From a virus: 64,000 nt of DNA. The stretch is from positions 38,075 through 102,074 of IMG/VR virus record IMGVR_UViG_3300021142_000013; one strand, 5' to 3'. Numbering within the stretch: the first letter of the stretch is position 1; the number at the start of each line of letters is the position of its first letter. Of the stretch, positions 16,707-27,138 are shown in pieces. The position numbers were made by a program, and so were the translations under genes. Below the pieces are notes generated by a model that made no database searches, was not told the DNA's origin, and was given only the letters and a program-made list of their open reading frames with translations.

Positions 16707-19700
16707 ATGGCTTGTAGAGTAACATATCTATCTAATGGTAATATATCTAAAGTTTTTGCACCAGATGGCAAAGAAAGCGATCTTTATAAAAAAATATTAG
16801 ATAAAGTGCTTGAATTAGATAAAACTGAAAGATTAGAATTACAAGACAAATATACTCCTTGGGTAGGTAAACATATACGTGGATTAGATGATAGGAATAT
16901 TGCTTTGGCTGTTTATAAAGGAACAGATTCTAAAGTATTCAAAGAAAAGTATCCTGATATAGAAAAAGATGCAAAAGGTGATCCTAAAATATCTCCTGAA
17001 GAGTTATTTAAAACTCAAATGAAAGAATTGCCTAAATTATCTCACGATTATGCTGTAGAGATAATGAATAGAATGGGTATTGATGCTAAAATGTTTGATA
17101 AAAAAGAATTAGCAGAACTCCCTAAAGGAGTAACAGCTTGGGCAGATGTTGGTGGAAAATTTATTCAATATGTACAAGGACATGAAACAGATATACCCCA
17201 TGAAATTTCTCACTTTGGTGTTGCAATTACCCGCAGTAAAAATCCTAAACTATACAAGGAATTAGAAAATAAAATAGGCTCTAGTAAAGAATATGAAGAA
17301 GTAAGAAGACTATATAGTAGTAGTGAAGCTTATAAAAATGAAGATGGAACGCTAAATATCAAAAAACTCAAAGAAGAAGCTATAACTCAACTAGTAGAAA
17401 AGCATCTCGTACGGAAACTTGAAACAAACGAGAACCCTGAGACTTTAGTTGCTGTACAAAATTGGTGGAACAAAGTAAAAGATTGGTTTAAAACTCTATT
17501 ACAAAAAGCAGGATATAAAGACCCGTTTGAAAAAGTTGCAGAAAATATTAAATCTGGAGATATAGGAACTACCAAAGATGTTAGTGAAAAACTATATCCT
17601 GAAGGAGACGAAGCTAAATACTTTAAATTAGAAGATGATACTAAGAAAATTACAGATAAACTTGAAAAAGAACATCTTGATACTGTAAAAACGAAAGAAG
17701 GATTTTTAAGAAATAACGAAAAAGTAAAAGACTTATTTGAAGTTAAATCAAAAGAAGATAAGACTAAAAAAGAAGAAGTTATCGAGAAGAAATCTGAACA
17801 AGGACATAATGATATGTCTGATGTAATGAGTAGACTTTTTGATGAAAATAATCATTTACATGAAAAACCTACGGATAGTAATTATGCTTCAGAATTAGAT
17901 CCTAAAAATAGGATATATGATAATTTCTTTAATAATATTAAAGAACGTATTGAAAACGAGCATTTTCCTGAAGGAACTAAATTTTATCATGATTTAAATA
18001 TTTATAATCCACAATTAGATAGAGCAGGGAGTTTAGACTTTTTAGCTGTTACACCTGAAGGAAAAGCTAGTGTATGGATGTTTAAATTTATTAATGGCGA
18101 TGGCACTAAAGATATTTCGCTATCTAAAAGAGAAAGTTTCCAAAAAGAAATTGGTAATTATAAAAGAACACTTAAAGATAATTATGGTATAAATGAATTT
18201 GACCAAACACGAGTTATTCCTGTGTTCATGAGTTTTGATGTTAAAAATGGCGAATATTCATTGAAATCTGCTAAAATAGGTAATTCTAAAATAGAAGTTG
18301 AAAAGAATGAAAAATTATTGCCTATTTCAACACTTGATGAAAGAACAGGTGATTCTTTTGTAGATCATCTTATTAAGAAATTAAGTGATTTATATGATGT
18401 AAAAAGAGAATTTCTAAAGGATAAAGAAAAAGTTAACGAAATCAATAATATTTATAAAGTAATACGAGAATTACAAACAAAGCATCAATTTAATTATTTA
18501 TTTAGTCAAATTGATTCTACTGTAGCAAATACTCATAAAATAGTAGATAAATATAAAGATAACTTTAAAAAAGAGAATCTTGCAAATATTTCTAATGAAG
18601 AATGGGAAAAACAAGCAATAGAACTCAATAAAACGCAAAATGAACTTTCTATATACAAGGAGTTAGATAATATCTTTGAAGATACATATCCTAATCCTAC
18701 AGATAAGCAAAAAGAAGAATTAGCTAAAATTAGAGAATATTCTAATAAAGCACGTAATGAACTTTTTCAGCTTAATAAAGTAATACGTGAATTTGCTAAT
18801 GAAAATGCTAAGAGATTTGGGATTGAAGATTTACTCACTCCTGAAAAAAAACCAGGATGGATTGCATCTATGTTTAATACTCAATCAGAATTCAATCTAT
18901 CAGGAGTATTAACTCTTAATAGAATGATGGATACTATGCAAAATTATAGAGATAATGAAACACGTACACATGTAAATGAATTGTTATCTATAGGTAAAGA
19001 TGTTAAAAACTGGTTAAAAGGTAAAAACGCTAAAGATCTTATTAAAGCTGTACGTAAAGAAGATAAAAATGAATTGATAGATCAATATGATAGAAAGTTT
19101 TATCAGGATTTATATTCTAACATTGAAAAAAAGAATGTTAAATGGATAAAAGAGAATGTTGATAAAAAAGCTTTTGCGCAATGGGCTGAAAAATATAAAA
19201 AAGAACGAATGGAAGCTATTCGTAATGAAGTTTATATTGGTACAGAAGAAGAAAAGAACGAACAAAAGCGAAACGACATTGAGAAACTAAATTCTATAAC
19301 AAATTTAGCTTCAGATTCAGCATGGCTGAATTATAGAAATATTAAAAACTTTCCGTTAGAGAAATGGCACTCTACAGAATATTCTAATTTAATAAAAGAA
19401 GAGAATAAACCCGTATTAAAACTTTATAATTTTATTAAAGATTTAAATCAACAAGCTGCAGAAGTAGGTTATATTGAACATGAAAGGAAACGTAATTTCT
19501 TACCTTTCATTAAAAAATCCCTAGCAGAAAAAGTTGTAATGGGTGGTTCTTATAATTGGGTACAATCCGTATTAGATTCCGTAACTATACAAGAAAGTGA
19601 TACTGACTATGGTGTTATTAATAAATTAACTGGTGACGTTATAGATACTATTCCTAAGTATTTTACAAGCGAGACAGATAACGTGGAATATGCCTCATCA

Positions 19701-21494
19701 GATTTATTAAAAAATATAGGACTTTACGCAGTCAAATTATTAGATTATAAATATAAACAAAGTATCGAAAATCAATTAAAGCTAATGCTTTATATTGAAA
19801 AGAATAAAGGTTCTTTACAAACTAACTTCTTAGGTAGAGTTGTTAAAGATGCTGAACCATCGCCTTTAAATGAAAATAATTCCAAAATATTGGAAGATTA
19901 TATCAAGAATCAAATATATGGACAATCTTATGTAAAAACTGATTTTTCAGATGCTGCTAGTAAAAAGATAGGTAAAGTATATAACGAAACTTCTGAGAAA
20001 ATAAATAAAAAACTTGGATTTGAATTATTTCCTAAAATAGGAGGTGAGGATAGGCTTTCACTTATTAAAGGATTAGATACTTTAATGCGTACTCAGCAAT
20101 TAAAAGTGTTAGGATTCAACTTAGGTACTTCTGCTTATCGTTTCTTAGGTACAAATATTCAAGCATTAATCAGTACTGGCACATACGGTACTGCTGCAGA
20201 TTATATGAGAAATGAGCTAAAACATACTCAAATGAAATTCTTAAAAAATGACTTTGATGTACATATAGCTGCTTTAAAAGAATTTCTACCTGTAGATGGT
20301 CAAATAATGCACGAATTAGGTAATTTATCTTTTAGTAAACTCACACAAGAATCAATAGGTGATTTTATGATGAGTTGGATACGTACTGCGCATGATTTTA
20401 TCCAATACGTTAATTTTGGTGTATTTATGGATAATGCAATCGTAATAGATGGTAAAATTCATAACGCAAGAGAATATTATAGAAATACTCCTGAATATAA
20501 GGCGAGATATGAATCATACCAGGATTTAAGACAAAAAGAAAAAGACTTTGAAGACAACGTTAAAAAGTTAATTGATGAACACGGATTGGAAAAAAGAATG
20601 TCTGTTAAAGATAGTCGTTTACAGATTGATGGAGTAGATATGAATGGCGAAAGTTTTGCTGCTTATAAACAACTAATTAGACAAATAGGTCGGAGATTAA
20701 GTGGTAATATAAGCAGAGAAGATGAATCGCGTATTAGAATGATCGTATTAGGTCGTCAAATTATGACTTTCCATAATTGGGTTCCTGGAATGATGAAGAC
20801 TCGTTTTAAAGGATTATCTTATAATGATGGTACAGATACTCATGAATGGGGTAGAATGCGCATGGTTGGTAAACTTTTATTTCAAAACGGATTAAATTCG
20901 GTTTCTCGCCTTATTTCTATGACAAAAGGTACAGATAAAGGTATTCAATTATTAGATAAACTCTGGGAACAAAAACAAAAAGAATATAAGGAACGTACAG
21001 GTAAAGACTTAAAAATGGATAAAGAACGTTTTTTCGATCTTGTTCGCGCGAATATTAAAACAGAAGCAAAGGAACTATTGGCTTTAACTTCTCTTATAGG
21101 AATGTTCATCGCAGCAAAAGCTTTATCTAAAGAAGAAGAGGACAAATATACTAAAGGTTATTGGAATTATGCTTTACGTATATTAGATAGAACAAAAGAA
21201 GAAATTAATTTTTTTTATAACCCAATAGCTTTACAAGGAATGCTCAACGGTTCTATTTTTCCAGCATTAGGTGTATTAACTGATTTTACTCGTTTCGCAG
21301 AGAATTTCCTTCGAGAGGGTTTAGGATATGTAATTCAAGATAAAAAAATAATAGATTCTGCACATCCTGCTAAATATTTCTTTAAGAGTTTTCCTGTTTC
21401 TCGTGAAATGTTAAAGTATTTTGCAATTTTTGAACCAGATGTAGCAAAATCAATGGGTGTTGAGTTTAATGCTCAACCATTCATACAAAGATAA
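16707..21494 (+). CDS. Large virion cargo/ejection protein with zincin-like and degenerate PD-(D/E)xK domains
   Basis: 1595 aa; PHEISH...EEAI zincin motif (~17199); RAGSLDFLAVTPEGKASVWMFK nuclease-like motif; helical C-terminus with a hydrophobic segment; located downstream of the RNAP gene as in crAss-like phages. Confidence 0.7.
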   Translation: MACRVTYLSNGNISKVFAPDGKESDLYKKILDKVLELDKTERLELQDKYTPWVGKHIRGLDDRNIALAVYKGTDSKVFKEKYPDIEKDAKGDPKISPEELFKTQMKELPKLSHDYAVEIMNRMGIDAKMFDKKELAELPKGVTAWADVGGKFIQYVQGHETDIPHEISHFGVAITRSKNPKLYKELENKIGSSKEYEEVRRLYSSSEAYKNEDGTLNIKKLKEEAITQLVEKHLVRKLETNENPETLVAVQNWWNKVKDWFKTLLQKAGYKDPFEKVAENIKSGDIGTTKDVSEKLYPEGDEAKYFKLEDDTKKITDKLEKEHLDTVKTKEGFLRNNEKVKDLFEVKSKEDKTKKEEVIEKKSEQGHNDMSDVMSRLFDENNHLHEKPTDSNYASELDPKNRIYDNFFNNIKERIENEHFPEGTKFYHDLNIYNPQLDRAGSLDFLAVTPEGKASVWMFKFINGDGTKDISLSKRESFQKEIGNYKRTLKDNYGINEFDQTRVIPVFMSFDVKNGEYSLKSAKIGNSKIEVEKNEKLLPISTLDERTGDSFVDHLIKKLSDLYDVKREFLKDKEKVNEINNIYKVIRELQTKHQFNYLFSQIDSTVANTHKIVDKYKDNFKKENLANISNEEWEKQAIELNKTQNELSIYKELDNIFEDTYPNPTDKQKEELAKIREYSNKARNELFQLNKVIREFANENAKRFGIEDLLTPEKKPGWIASMFNTQSEFNLSGVLTLNRMMDTMQNYRDNETRTHVNELLSIGKDVKNWLKGKNAKDLIKAVRKEDKNELIDQYDRKFYQDLYSNIEKKNVKWIKENVDKKAFAQWAEKYKKERMEAIRNEVYIGTEEEKNEQKRNDIEKLNSITNLASDSAWLNYRNIKNFPLEKWHSTEYSNLIKEENKPVLKLYNFIKDLNQQAAEVGYIEHERKRNFLPFIKKSLAEKVVMGGSYNWVQSVLDSVTIQESDTDYGVINKLTGDVIDTIPKYFTSETDNVEYASSDLLKNIGLYAVKLLDYKYKQSIENQLKLMLYIEKNKGSLQTNFLGRVVKDAEPSPLNENNSKILEDYIKNQIYGQSYVKTDFSDAASKKIGKVYNETSEKINKKLGFELFPKIGGEDRLSLIKGLDTLMRTQQLKVLGFNLGTSAYRFLGTNIQALISTGTYGTAADYMRNELKHTQMKFLKNDFDVHIAALKEFLPVDGQIMHELGNLSFSKLTQESIGDFMMSWIRTAHDFIQYVNFGVFMDNAIVIDGKIHNAREYYRNTPEYKARYESYQDLRQKEKDFEDNVKKLIDEHGLEKRMSVKDSRLQIDGVDMNGESFAAYKQLIRQIGRRLSGNISREDESRIRMIVLGRQIMTFHNWVPGMMKTRFKGLSYNDGTDTHEWGRMRMVGKLLFQNGLNSVSRLISMTKGTDKGIQLLDKLWEQKQKEYKERTGKDLKMDKERFFDLVRANIKTEAKELLALTSLIGMFIAAKALSKEEEDKYTKGYWNYALRILDRTKEEINFFYNPIALQGMLNGSIFPALGVLTDFTRFAENFLREGLGYVIQDKKIIDSAHPAKYFFKSFPVSREMLKYFAIFEPDVAKSMGVEFNAQPFIQR

Positions 21495-21526
21495 TGCTAT
21501 ATAATGGTCGTAAATTTTATACAAAA

Positions 21527-21558
21527 GTTGTCAGATTCATTAATTATACTTATCTTTG
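21527..21558 (+). promoter_or_regulatory. Bacteroidetes sigmaA-type promoter (variant -33)
   Basis: GTTG, 20 nt, TATCTTTG in the intergenic gap before 21604. Confidence 0.6.
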
Positions 21559-21603
21559 TTATGAAATAATAATATATTATTTTACATATTAAACAAATTT
21601 TTT

Positions 21604-21963
21604 ATGGGTTATAATCGTTCAAATGATCCAGGTCTAAATTTAGATCTTAATATACTACTCCAGAAGCAATTTAGAGATTTGCGGCAAATGATGTGTTGTA
21701 AATTGACAGAAATCGCTAATGGTTCAGGTATTGTTAGTAATTCTATCATGTTTACTATAGGAGATGGTCATGCAGGAACACCTCTTGTAGGAACTACTAC
21801 TTATACAAATACTGTTTTAAATAATAAAACACTACTCATTTTAAAAAATGGTGTAGGATTTTTAACTGCTGGAGTTGACTTTAACTCTTTAACAGGCGGA
21901 GGATTTGTACTTATAGGAGGAGAATTATTTAATACAGGTGAAACATATACAATTTTATATTAA
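21604..21963 (+). CDS. Small beta-rich structural protein (paralog of the next gene)
   Basis: Shares F.IGDG...TP..G...Y.N...KNG.G.L..G..F.....GG..L.G...FNTGE.YTI.LY with 21963..22199. Confidence 0.65.
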   Translation: MGYNRSNDPGLNLDLNILLQKQFRDLRQMMCCKLTEIANGSGIVSNSIMFTIGDGHAGTPLVGTTTYTNTVLNNKTLLILKNGVGFLTAGVDFNSLTGGGFVLIGGELFNTGETYTILY

Positions 21964-22199
21964 TGAATAGAAAAATTATCCAATTTCAAATAGGAGATGG
22001 TCAACTATATACTCCTATAACAGGTTCAAGTCAGTATATTAATCCTGATATTAAAAATGACAATTATTTAGTGTATAAAAACGGAACAGGCTATCTATTT
22101 GAAGGATTGCAGTTTTCTAAAATATATACAGGAGGTCTTTCTTTATCAGGAACCTCTACTTTTAATACTGGTGAACAATATACTATAATTCTATATTAA
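21963..22199 (+). CDS. Small beta-rich structural protein (tandem paralog)
   Basis: See the previous gene; TAATG coupling. Confidence 0.65.
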   Translation: MNRKIIQFQIGDGQLYTPITGSSQYINPDIKNDNYLVYKNGTGYLFEGLQFSKIYTGGLSLSGTSTFNTGEQYTIILY

Positions 22200-22208
22200 A
22201 ATAAAATC

Positions 22209-23912
22209 ATGAAGAAACTATTACTCATATTAGGTTTATTAATAACGTCTTTTGCATCGAACGCGCAATGGTATAATCAGCCATATTATAACGCACATAA
22301 CTATGGTAACGAATTTGGTAAACTGCAAATAGACAGTACATTCACTCTATTGTTATTAGATACAAATAATTTATATACAGGAACTGGACACTATCCTTTT
22401 ATTCTAAGGCTGAATAGTGCAGATAGTAACTTATATCTTTACAACGGTCTTAATTGGAAAAAAGTAGGTGGAAGTTCAGCTACTCCAACTTTAGATCAAG
22501 TATTAACCACTGGAAATACTTCGACACATGGTATAACTCTTACAGGTAGTTCTGGTAATATATCTGCACAAGGTATATCAGGAACTTCTTTCACACAAAC
22601 AAGTTCTAGTACAGCTAATCAGTTTCCTGGTGGATTACAGACACAATTTATAAATGTAAAAGGAACAGGTGCTACTTTTCAATATCAATTTTTACCTAAT
22701 CCTAATATATCTCGTAATACAAATTACTATTTTGGTGTACAATCAAATTTAGTAGATACTATTGTTACGGACACTAGGTTATTAAATGACACTTTGTCAG
22801 GAAGTGGTACTAATGCATTATTAATGACTACTGCAGGTACTAATACTAAACTTAGTACTATAACTTTAGATAAAGCAATACAAAACGGACCAAATACAGC
22901 TAGAACTCCAGATTTTATTAATGGTTTTACTGTCAATACACCAACTGCTGATGGTGCTCCTCGATGTTATCTCACTATAAATGGAGGAGTAAATATATAT
23001 GATACGGCAACAGGTAGTACTAAAGTAGGACCTTTTGGTGGAGAATATGGTGCAGGTAATGCAAATAATACTATTTTTGGTTATAATATACAAGTACATA
23101 GTGAACAATACGCTTCTTTATTTGGTTATCATGCGGGACAGAATATATCAGGACAAAGTTATAACTCTGGATTTGGTTGGATTGCGTTAGAGAATGTAAG
23201 TGGTCCAAGAAATAATGGATTTGGTGTGGGTGCTTGTGATGCTTGTGGTACAGATAATTGTGGATTTGGATATGACGCAGGAGCTTATAATACTGGTATA
23301 AATAAATCTATTTTTATAGGTAATAAAGCGGGTTATAATCTTGGACATGGAGTTCCTAATATAGATGGTATGTTTGTGATAGATTGTTCTGCTGGAAATG
23401 GATACAATTCTTTCCTAATAGGAAATGGTGCTGCAGATGGTGGTGGAAATATTACTTCAACTTCTTATTTAGCGAGAAACTATTCGCTAGATAGTCTTTA
23501 TGGTAAAACTGTTTATTATGATAAAGTTGGTACACAAGGAGAAGGTCTTGTACCTATATATGCCTATAATAAAATAACTGGACAAACTTCTGCAGGAAAT
23601 ATAACTACTTATACAACTACGGCAGACGGTGTATTTGAAGTAAGTGGTTACTTAGCAGTAATAGCAGTTGCTACAGATGTAATAAAATATCAAGTTAGTT
23701 ATACAGATGAAAACAATAACGCTAGAACTCAAGACTTTTATCCTCAAGGTACAACTACTGCTACAATAGCAGCTACAGGTAGTTATCCTTATAGTAGTAT
23801 GCAAATATGGGTAAAAGCGAGTACGGTAATAACATTAAAAACATTCCTTACTAATAGTTCAGGTAGTATAACCTTTGATGCTTGTGGTAGTATTAAACAG
23901 ATAGGTAAATAA
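22209..23912 (+). CDS. Tail-fibre/adhesin-like protein with N-terminal signal-peptide-like sequence
   Basis: MKKLLLILGLLITSFASNA|Q; TLDQVLTTGN motif; N..FG..A...N..G beta-roll repeats; Thr/Gly/Asn-rich. Confidence 0.6.
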   Translation: MKKLLLILGLLITSFASNAQWYNQPYYNAHNYGNEFGKLQIDSTFTLLLLDTNNLYTGTGHYPFILRLNSADSNLYLYNGLNWKKVGGSSATPTLDQVLTTGNTSTHGITLTGSSGNISAQGISGTSFTQTSSSTANQFPGGLQTQFINVKGTGATFQYQFLPNPNISRNTNYYFGVQSNLVDTIVTDTRLLNDTLSGSGTNALLMTTAGTNTKLSTITLDKAIQNGPNTARTPDFINGFTVNTPTADGAPRCYLTINGGVNIYDTATGSTKVGPFGGEYGAGNANNTIFGYNIQVHSEQYASLFGYHAGQNISGQSYNSGFGWIALENVSGPRNNGFGVGACDACGTDNCGFGYDAGAYNTGINKSIFIGNKAGYNLGHGVPNIDGMFVIDCSAGNGYNSFLIGNGAADGGGNITSTSYLARNYSLDSLYGKTVYYDKVGTQGEGLVPIYAYNKITGQTSAGNITTYTTTADGVFEVSGYLAVIAVATDVIKYQVSYTDENNNARTQDFYPQGTTTATIAATGSYPYSSMQIWVKASTVITLKTFLTNSSGSITFDACGSIKQIGK

Positions 23913-23924
23913 ATTAATTATATA

Positions 23925-24383
23925 ATGCCTTTTTTTGTACCTTCTTATCCAGGAATAACTAGTACCAATGTATCTATTAATACGGATAACATTGTAACTA
24001 CTGTTACAAAGGATTGTAAAAGTGCAAATAATTTAAATGTATTTCAAATAATATTAACCAATAATCATGGGAATAATATTATTTGGGAATATGTAGATAA
24101 ATCCAGAAGAGATAGTGATTATAGTCTATTATTAAGTCCTTCCGTTACAGCAAATGTAACTGTATCCGATTTTGTTTATGGAGAAATTGCAACAGGTGTT
24201 ATAAATGGTTCTAATAATGTTTTTACAACAGCATTTAATTTTATAATAAGTACTATACAAGTATTTGTTAATGGAATTGAGCAAACTGTTATAAATGATT
24301 TTGTACTTAGTGGTCAAAATATATTATTAAATACTTCTCCTATAACAGGAGATATTGTTACAGTTAATTACGTTAAATCTTAA
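23925..24383 (+). CDS. Putative tail-associated protein
   Basis: C-terminal domain (E...G.INGSN..FT.A...NG..Q....DF..S...I.L.T.PI.GDI...Y) is shared with the next gene. Confidence 0.6.
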   Translation: MPFFVPSYPGITSTNVSINTDNIVTTVTKDCKSANNLNVFQIILTNNHGNNIIWEYVDKSRRDSDYSLLLSPSVTANVTVSDFVYGEIATGVINGSNNVFTTAFNFIISTIQVFVNGIEQTVINDFVLSGQNILLNTSPITGDIVTVNYVKS

Positions 24384-24386
24384 AAC

Positions 24387-25283
24387 ATGAGTTCTACACA
24401 AATTGCAACTAGACAGATTCAAAACGGAGCTATTAATGATGCTCAGGTAAATGCTAGTGCTGCAATAGCGTCTAGTAAACTAGCAGATGGTGCTAACTTT
24501 GTAAAAAAAGATGGTACTGTTGCGTTTACAGGTAGTCCTAATGCGGGTAATAATAAAATTATAAATGTAGGTACTCCATCTTCTTCTACAGATGCTACTA
24601 CTAAAGGATATGTGGATACTGCTATATCTAACTTAACTTCTCTTTATCAATATAAGGGTGAGGCACGAGCAGCTACTACAGGAACACTTCCTGCAAATAC
24701 TTATGCAAATGGTACAGCGGGTACAGGTGCTACATTAACAGGTAATAGCAATGGTGCTTTGACAGCACAAGATGGCGTTACATTAATAGTTAATGATTAC
24801 CTATTAGTTAAGAATGAAGCTACTGGTGCTAATAATGGTTTATATCAACTTACTCAGGTAGGTGATGGTTCACATCCATATATCCTTACTAGGGCAACAT
24901 CAATGAGTACTACTACTCAGTATCCTGGTGCTATGATTATAGTACAGTCTGAAGGTAGTACATTAGCTAACACTATCTGGTTGTGTTCTAATGCGGAAGG
25001 CTTGACAGTAGGTACTACCGCAATTACTTTTGTACAAAGTGCAACAGGTGGATTACAAGCTTCTAACTTTGTAGATAATGAAGTTGTTTCTGGTACTATA
25101 AATGGTTCAAATACAACATTTACACTAGCAAATACTCCAGTATCAGGTACAGTCAAATTGTATTTGAACGGCGTTAGACAACAGTCAGGAGCAGGTAATG
25201 ACTTTACAATATCTTCAGGAACTATAACAATGCTTACTGCTCCGATATCAGGAGATATATTAATCGCCGATTATAGAAAATAA
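24387..25283 (+). CDS. Tail fibre protein
   Basis: DATTKGYVD fibre motif, AATT...DGV.L...LLVKNE....NGLY...LTRA domain common in phage fibres; Thr/Gly/Ala-rich. Confidence 0.75.
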   Translation: MSSTQIATRQIQNGAINDAQVNASAAIASSKLADGANFVKKDGTVAFTGSPNAGNNKIINVGTPSSSTDATTKGYVDTAISNLTSLYQYKGEARAATTGTLPANTYANGTAGTGATLTGNSNGALTAQDGVTLIVNDYLLVKNEATGANNGLYQLTQVGDGSHPYILTRATSMSTTTQYPGAMIIVQSEGSTLANTIWLCSNAEGLTVGTTAITFVQSATGGLQASNFVDNEVVSGTINGSNTTFTLANTPVSGTVKLYLNGVRQQSGAGNDFTISSGTITMLTAPISGDILIADYRK

Positions 25284-25290
25284 TAAATAA

Positions 25291-26319
25291 ATGAGTGCTA
25301 CTAAATTAGCTTTTAGACAAATGAAAGGTGGAGAACCTTCTCAAATGTTAACAGATGCATCAACTATATCTTGGGATTGTAACCTAGGATATGCTGCATA
25401 TGTTACTATAACTGCTAATAGAACCCTTTCCATAACTAATATGCAAGATGGTACTGCAGGTATGTTAGAGGTTATTCAGGATGGTACTGGTGGACATACT
25501 CTTACAGTTACAGGTGGTACTGTTACTTTAAATAGTGCTGCTAGTTCTAGTACAATGATAACTTGGGCATATGTAAATGGTACTTTCTTTTGGGGTACAG
25601 GTACAGCAATTCCTACAGCAGGAAGTATAACAAATGCCATGTTAGCAGGGTCTATAGCTCCTTCTAACTTACTATATAGAGGGCTATTAATTAATATACA
25701 ATATCTTACTTCAGGAACTACATATACCCCAACTACAGGAACTAATACTGCTGTACTACATATGGTAGGTGGTGGTGGAGGCGGTGGTGGTTGTACTGGT
25801 GTATCTTCTGATACTGCTGCTGGTGGTGGTGGAGCATCTGGAGCATTCTTAATGAAAAGAATTACTGGTGTTACAGGTACATATACTTATGCAATAGGTG
25901 GTACTGGTTCAGCAGGTTCTACTTCTGGTGGTAACGGTGGTGTAGGTGGCGATACTACATTTACAAATGGTGGTACAACATATACTGCAAAAGGTGGTAA
26001 TGGTGGAATTGGTATGACAGCAGGTACTACAAATGCTGTTTCTGCTGGTGGTGCAGGTGTTATAGCTACTAATGGTGATATAAATACGGGTGGTCAAGCT
26101 GGTGGACCTGGAATAAGATTTAGTGGTACAATAGCTATAAGTGGTAACGGTGGTTCTAATATATATGGTGGGGGTGGTGCTGGAATATCTACTACTGCTG
26201 CTGGTAATAATGGTACTGGTTATGGTTCTGGTGGTGGTGGTGCAATGTCATCATCTTCAACTGCAAGAGCAGGTGGTGTAGGTCAAGGTGGTATTATTGT
26301 AGTTTATGAATTTGCATAA
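25291..26319 (+). CDS. Glycine-rich tail fibre protein
   Basis: LTDASTISWD...QDGTGG N-terminal domain; long GGGGGGG glycine-rich C-terminal domain ending GG.G..GIIVVYEF. Confidence 0.75.
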   Translation: MSATKLAFRQMKGGEPSQMLTDASTISWDCNLGYAAYVTITANRTLSITNMQDGTAGMLEVIQDGTGGHTLTVTGGTVTLNSAASSSTMITWAYVNGTFFWGTGTAIPTAGSITNAMLAGSIAPSNLLYRGLLINIQYLTSGTTYTPTTGTNTAVLHMVGGGGGGGGCTGVSSDTAAGGGGASGAFLMKRITGVTGTYTYAIGGTGSAGSTSGGNGGVGGDTTFTNGGTTYTAKGGNGGIGMTAGTTNAVSAGGAGVIATNGDINTGGQAGGPGIRFSGTIAISGNGGSNIYGGGGAGISTTAAGNNGTGYGSGGGGAMSSSSTARAGGVGQGGIIVVYEFA

Positions 26320-26321
26320 TA

Positions 26322-27122
26322 ATGCTAAATACAAATAGATATTATTTTAATAGTCCTGCTATTGTATCAGCATATGATACTGATGCCGTTACATATTTTA
26401 ATGCCGTTGCATTAGCTACCACAGCATTATCTACTACTGTAAAAGGTTATATAAATACATTAGTTTTAGTAGCTAAAGCACATGGTTGGTGGACAGGTTC
26501 TATTGCAATATATCCTGTACCTAATACAGATCCATTGGCTTGTGCTATTAATTTAAGAACTCCTGGAACATATAATTTGACATTACATAATTCTCCTACT
26601 ATAACAAGTAGCGGTATAACTTGGAATGGTACAAGTCAATATGCTCAAACAGGGTTAAATGCCAGTACTAATCTTACGGTTGACAACGTATCTTTTACAT
26701 ACTATACCCCAAGCACTACTTCGTCATCAAATGGGGCAGATATAGGATGCTATGATGGTACTAATGGAGATGAATTATGGATTCAATCTTTTGGTAGTAC
26801 TACAACAAATATGAATACCGCAAACGGGGTTATTTTTACCAATGCTGTAATAAAAGGTTTATATATAGCAAGTAGAGTTTCTTCTACAGATGAAAGACTT
26901 TATATAGGTGGTGTACAAAAGGGCTCAACTTACACAACGTCTTCTGGTAGTACAAAACCGAATTTAGAAATTTATTTAGGTTGTGATAATCAATCTGGGG
27001 CTCCATCAAATTATGTAGATAGAACTTGCGGATATGCTGATATTGGAGGAGGAGTTAATAGTACATTAGCTGCGACAAAATCAACAGATATACAAACTTA
27101 TTTAACATCAATAGGTAGATAA
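26322..27122 (+). CDS. ConA/LamG-like lectin-domain tail protein (putative receptor binding)
   Basis: DTDAVTYF, AIYP, G...NGTSQYA.TG, LYIGG, IYLG..N, TYLTSIGR pattern. Confidence 0.6.
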   Translation: MLNTNRYYFNSPAIVSAYDTDAVTYFNAVALATTALSTTVKGYINTLVLVAKAHGWWTGSIAIYPVPNTDPLACAINLRTPGTYNLTLHNSPTITSSGITWNGTSQYAQTGLNASTNLTVDNVSFTYYTPSTTSSSNGADIGCYDGTNGDELWIQSFGSTTTNMNTANGVIFTNAVIKGLYIASRVSSTDERLYIGGVQKGSTYTTSSGSTKPNLEIYLGCDNQSGAPSNYVDRTCGYADIGGGVNSTLAATKSTDIQTYLTSIGR

Positions 27123-27138
27123 AATTAAAAAACTAAAT

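Noticed and set aside
2133-26097. Short antisense ORFs inside + strand genes (e.g. 2133, 4842, 5173, 9996, 10592, 17387, 22727, 24917, 25909)
   Set aside because: They are fully nested opposite well-supported genes, have no motifs, and show shadow-frame composition.
25760-26300. GGT-rich repeats as a tandem repeat array or DGR target
   Set aside because: Explained by glycine codons; no TR/VR pair or reverse transcriptase was seen.
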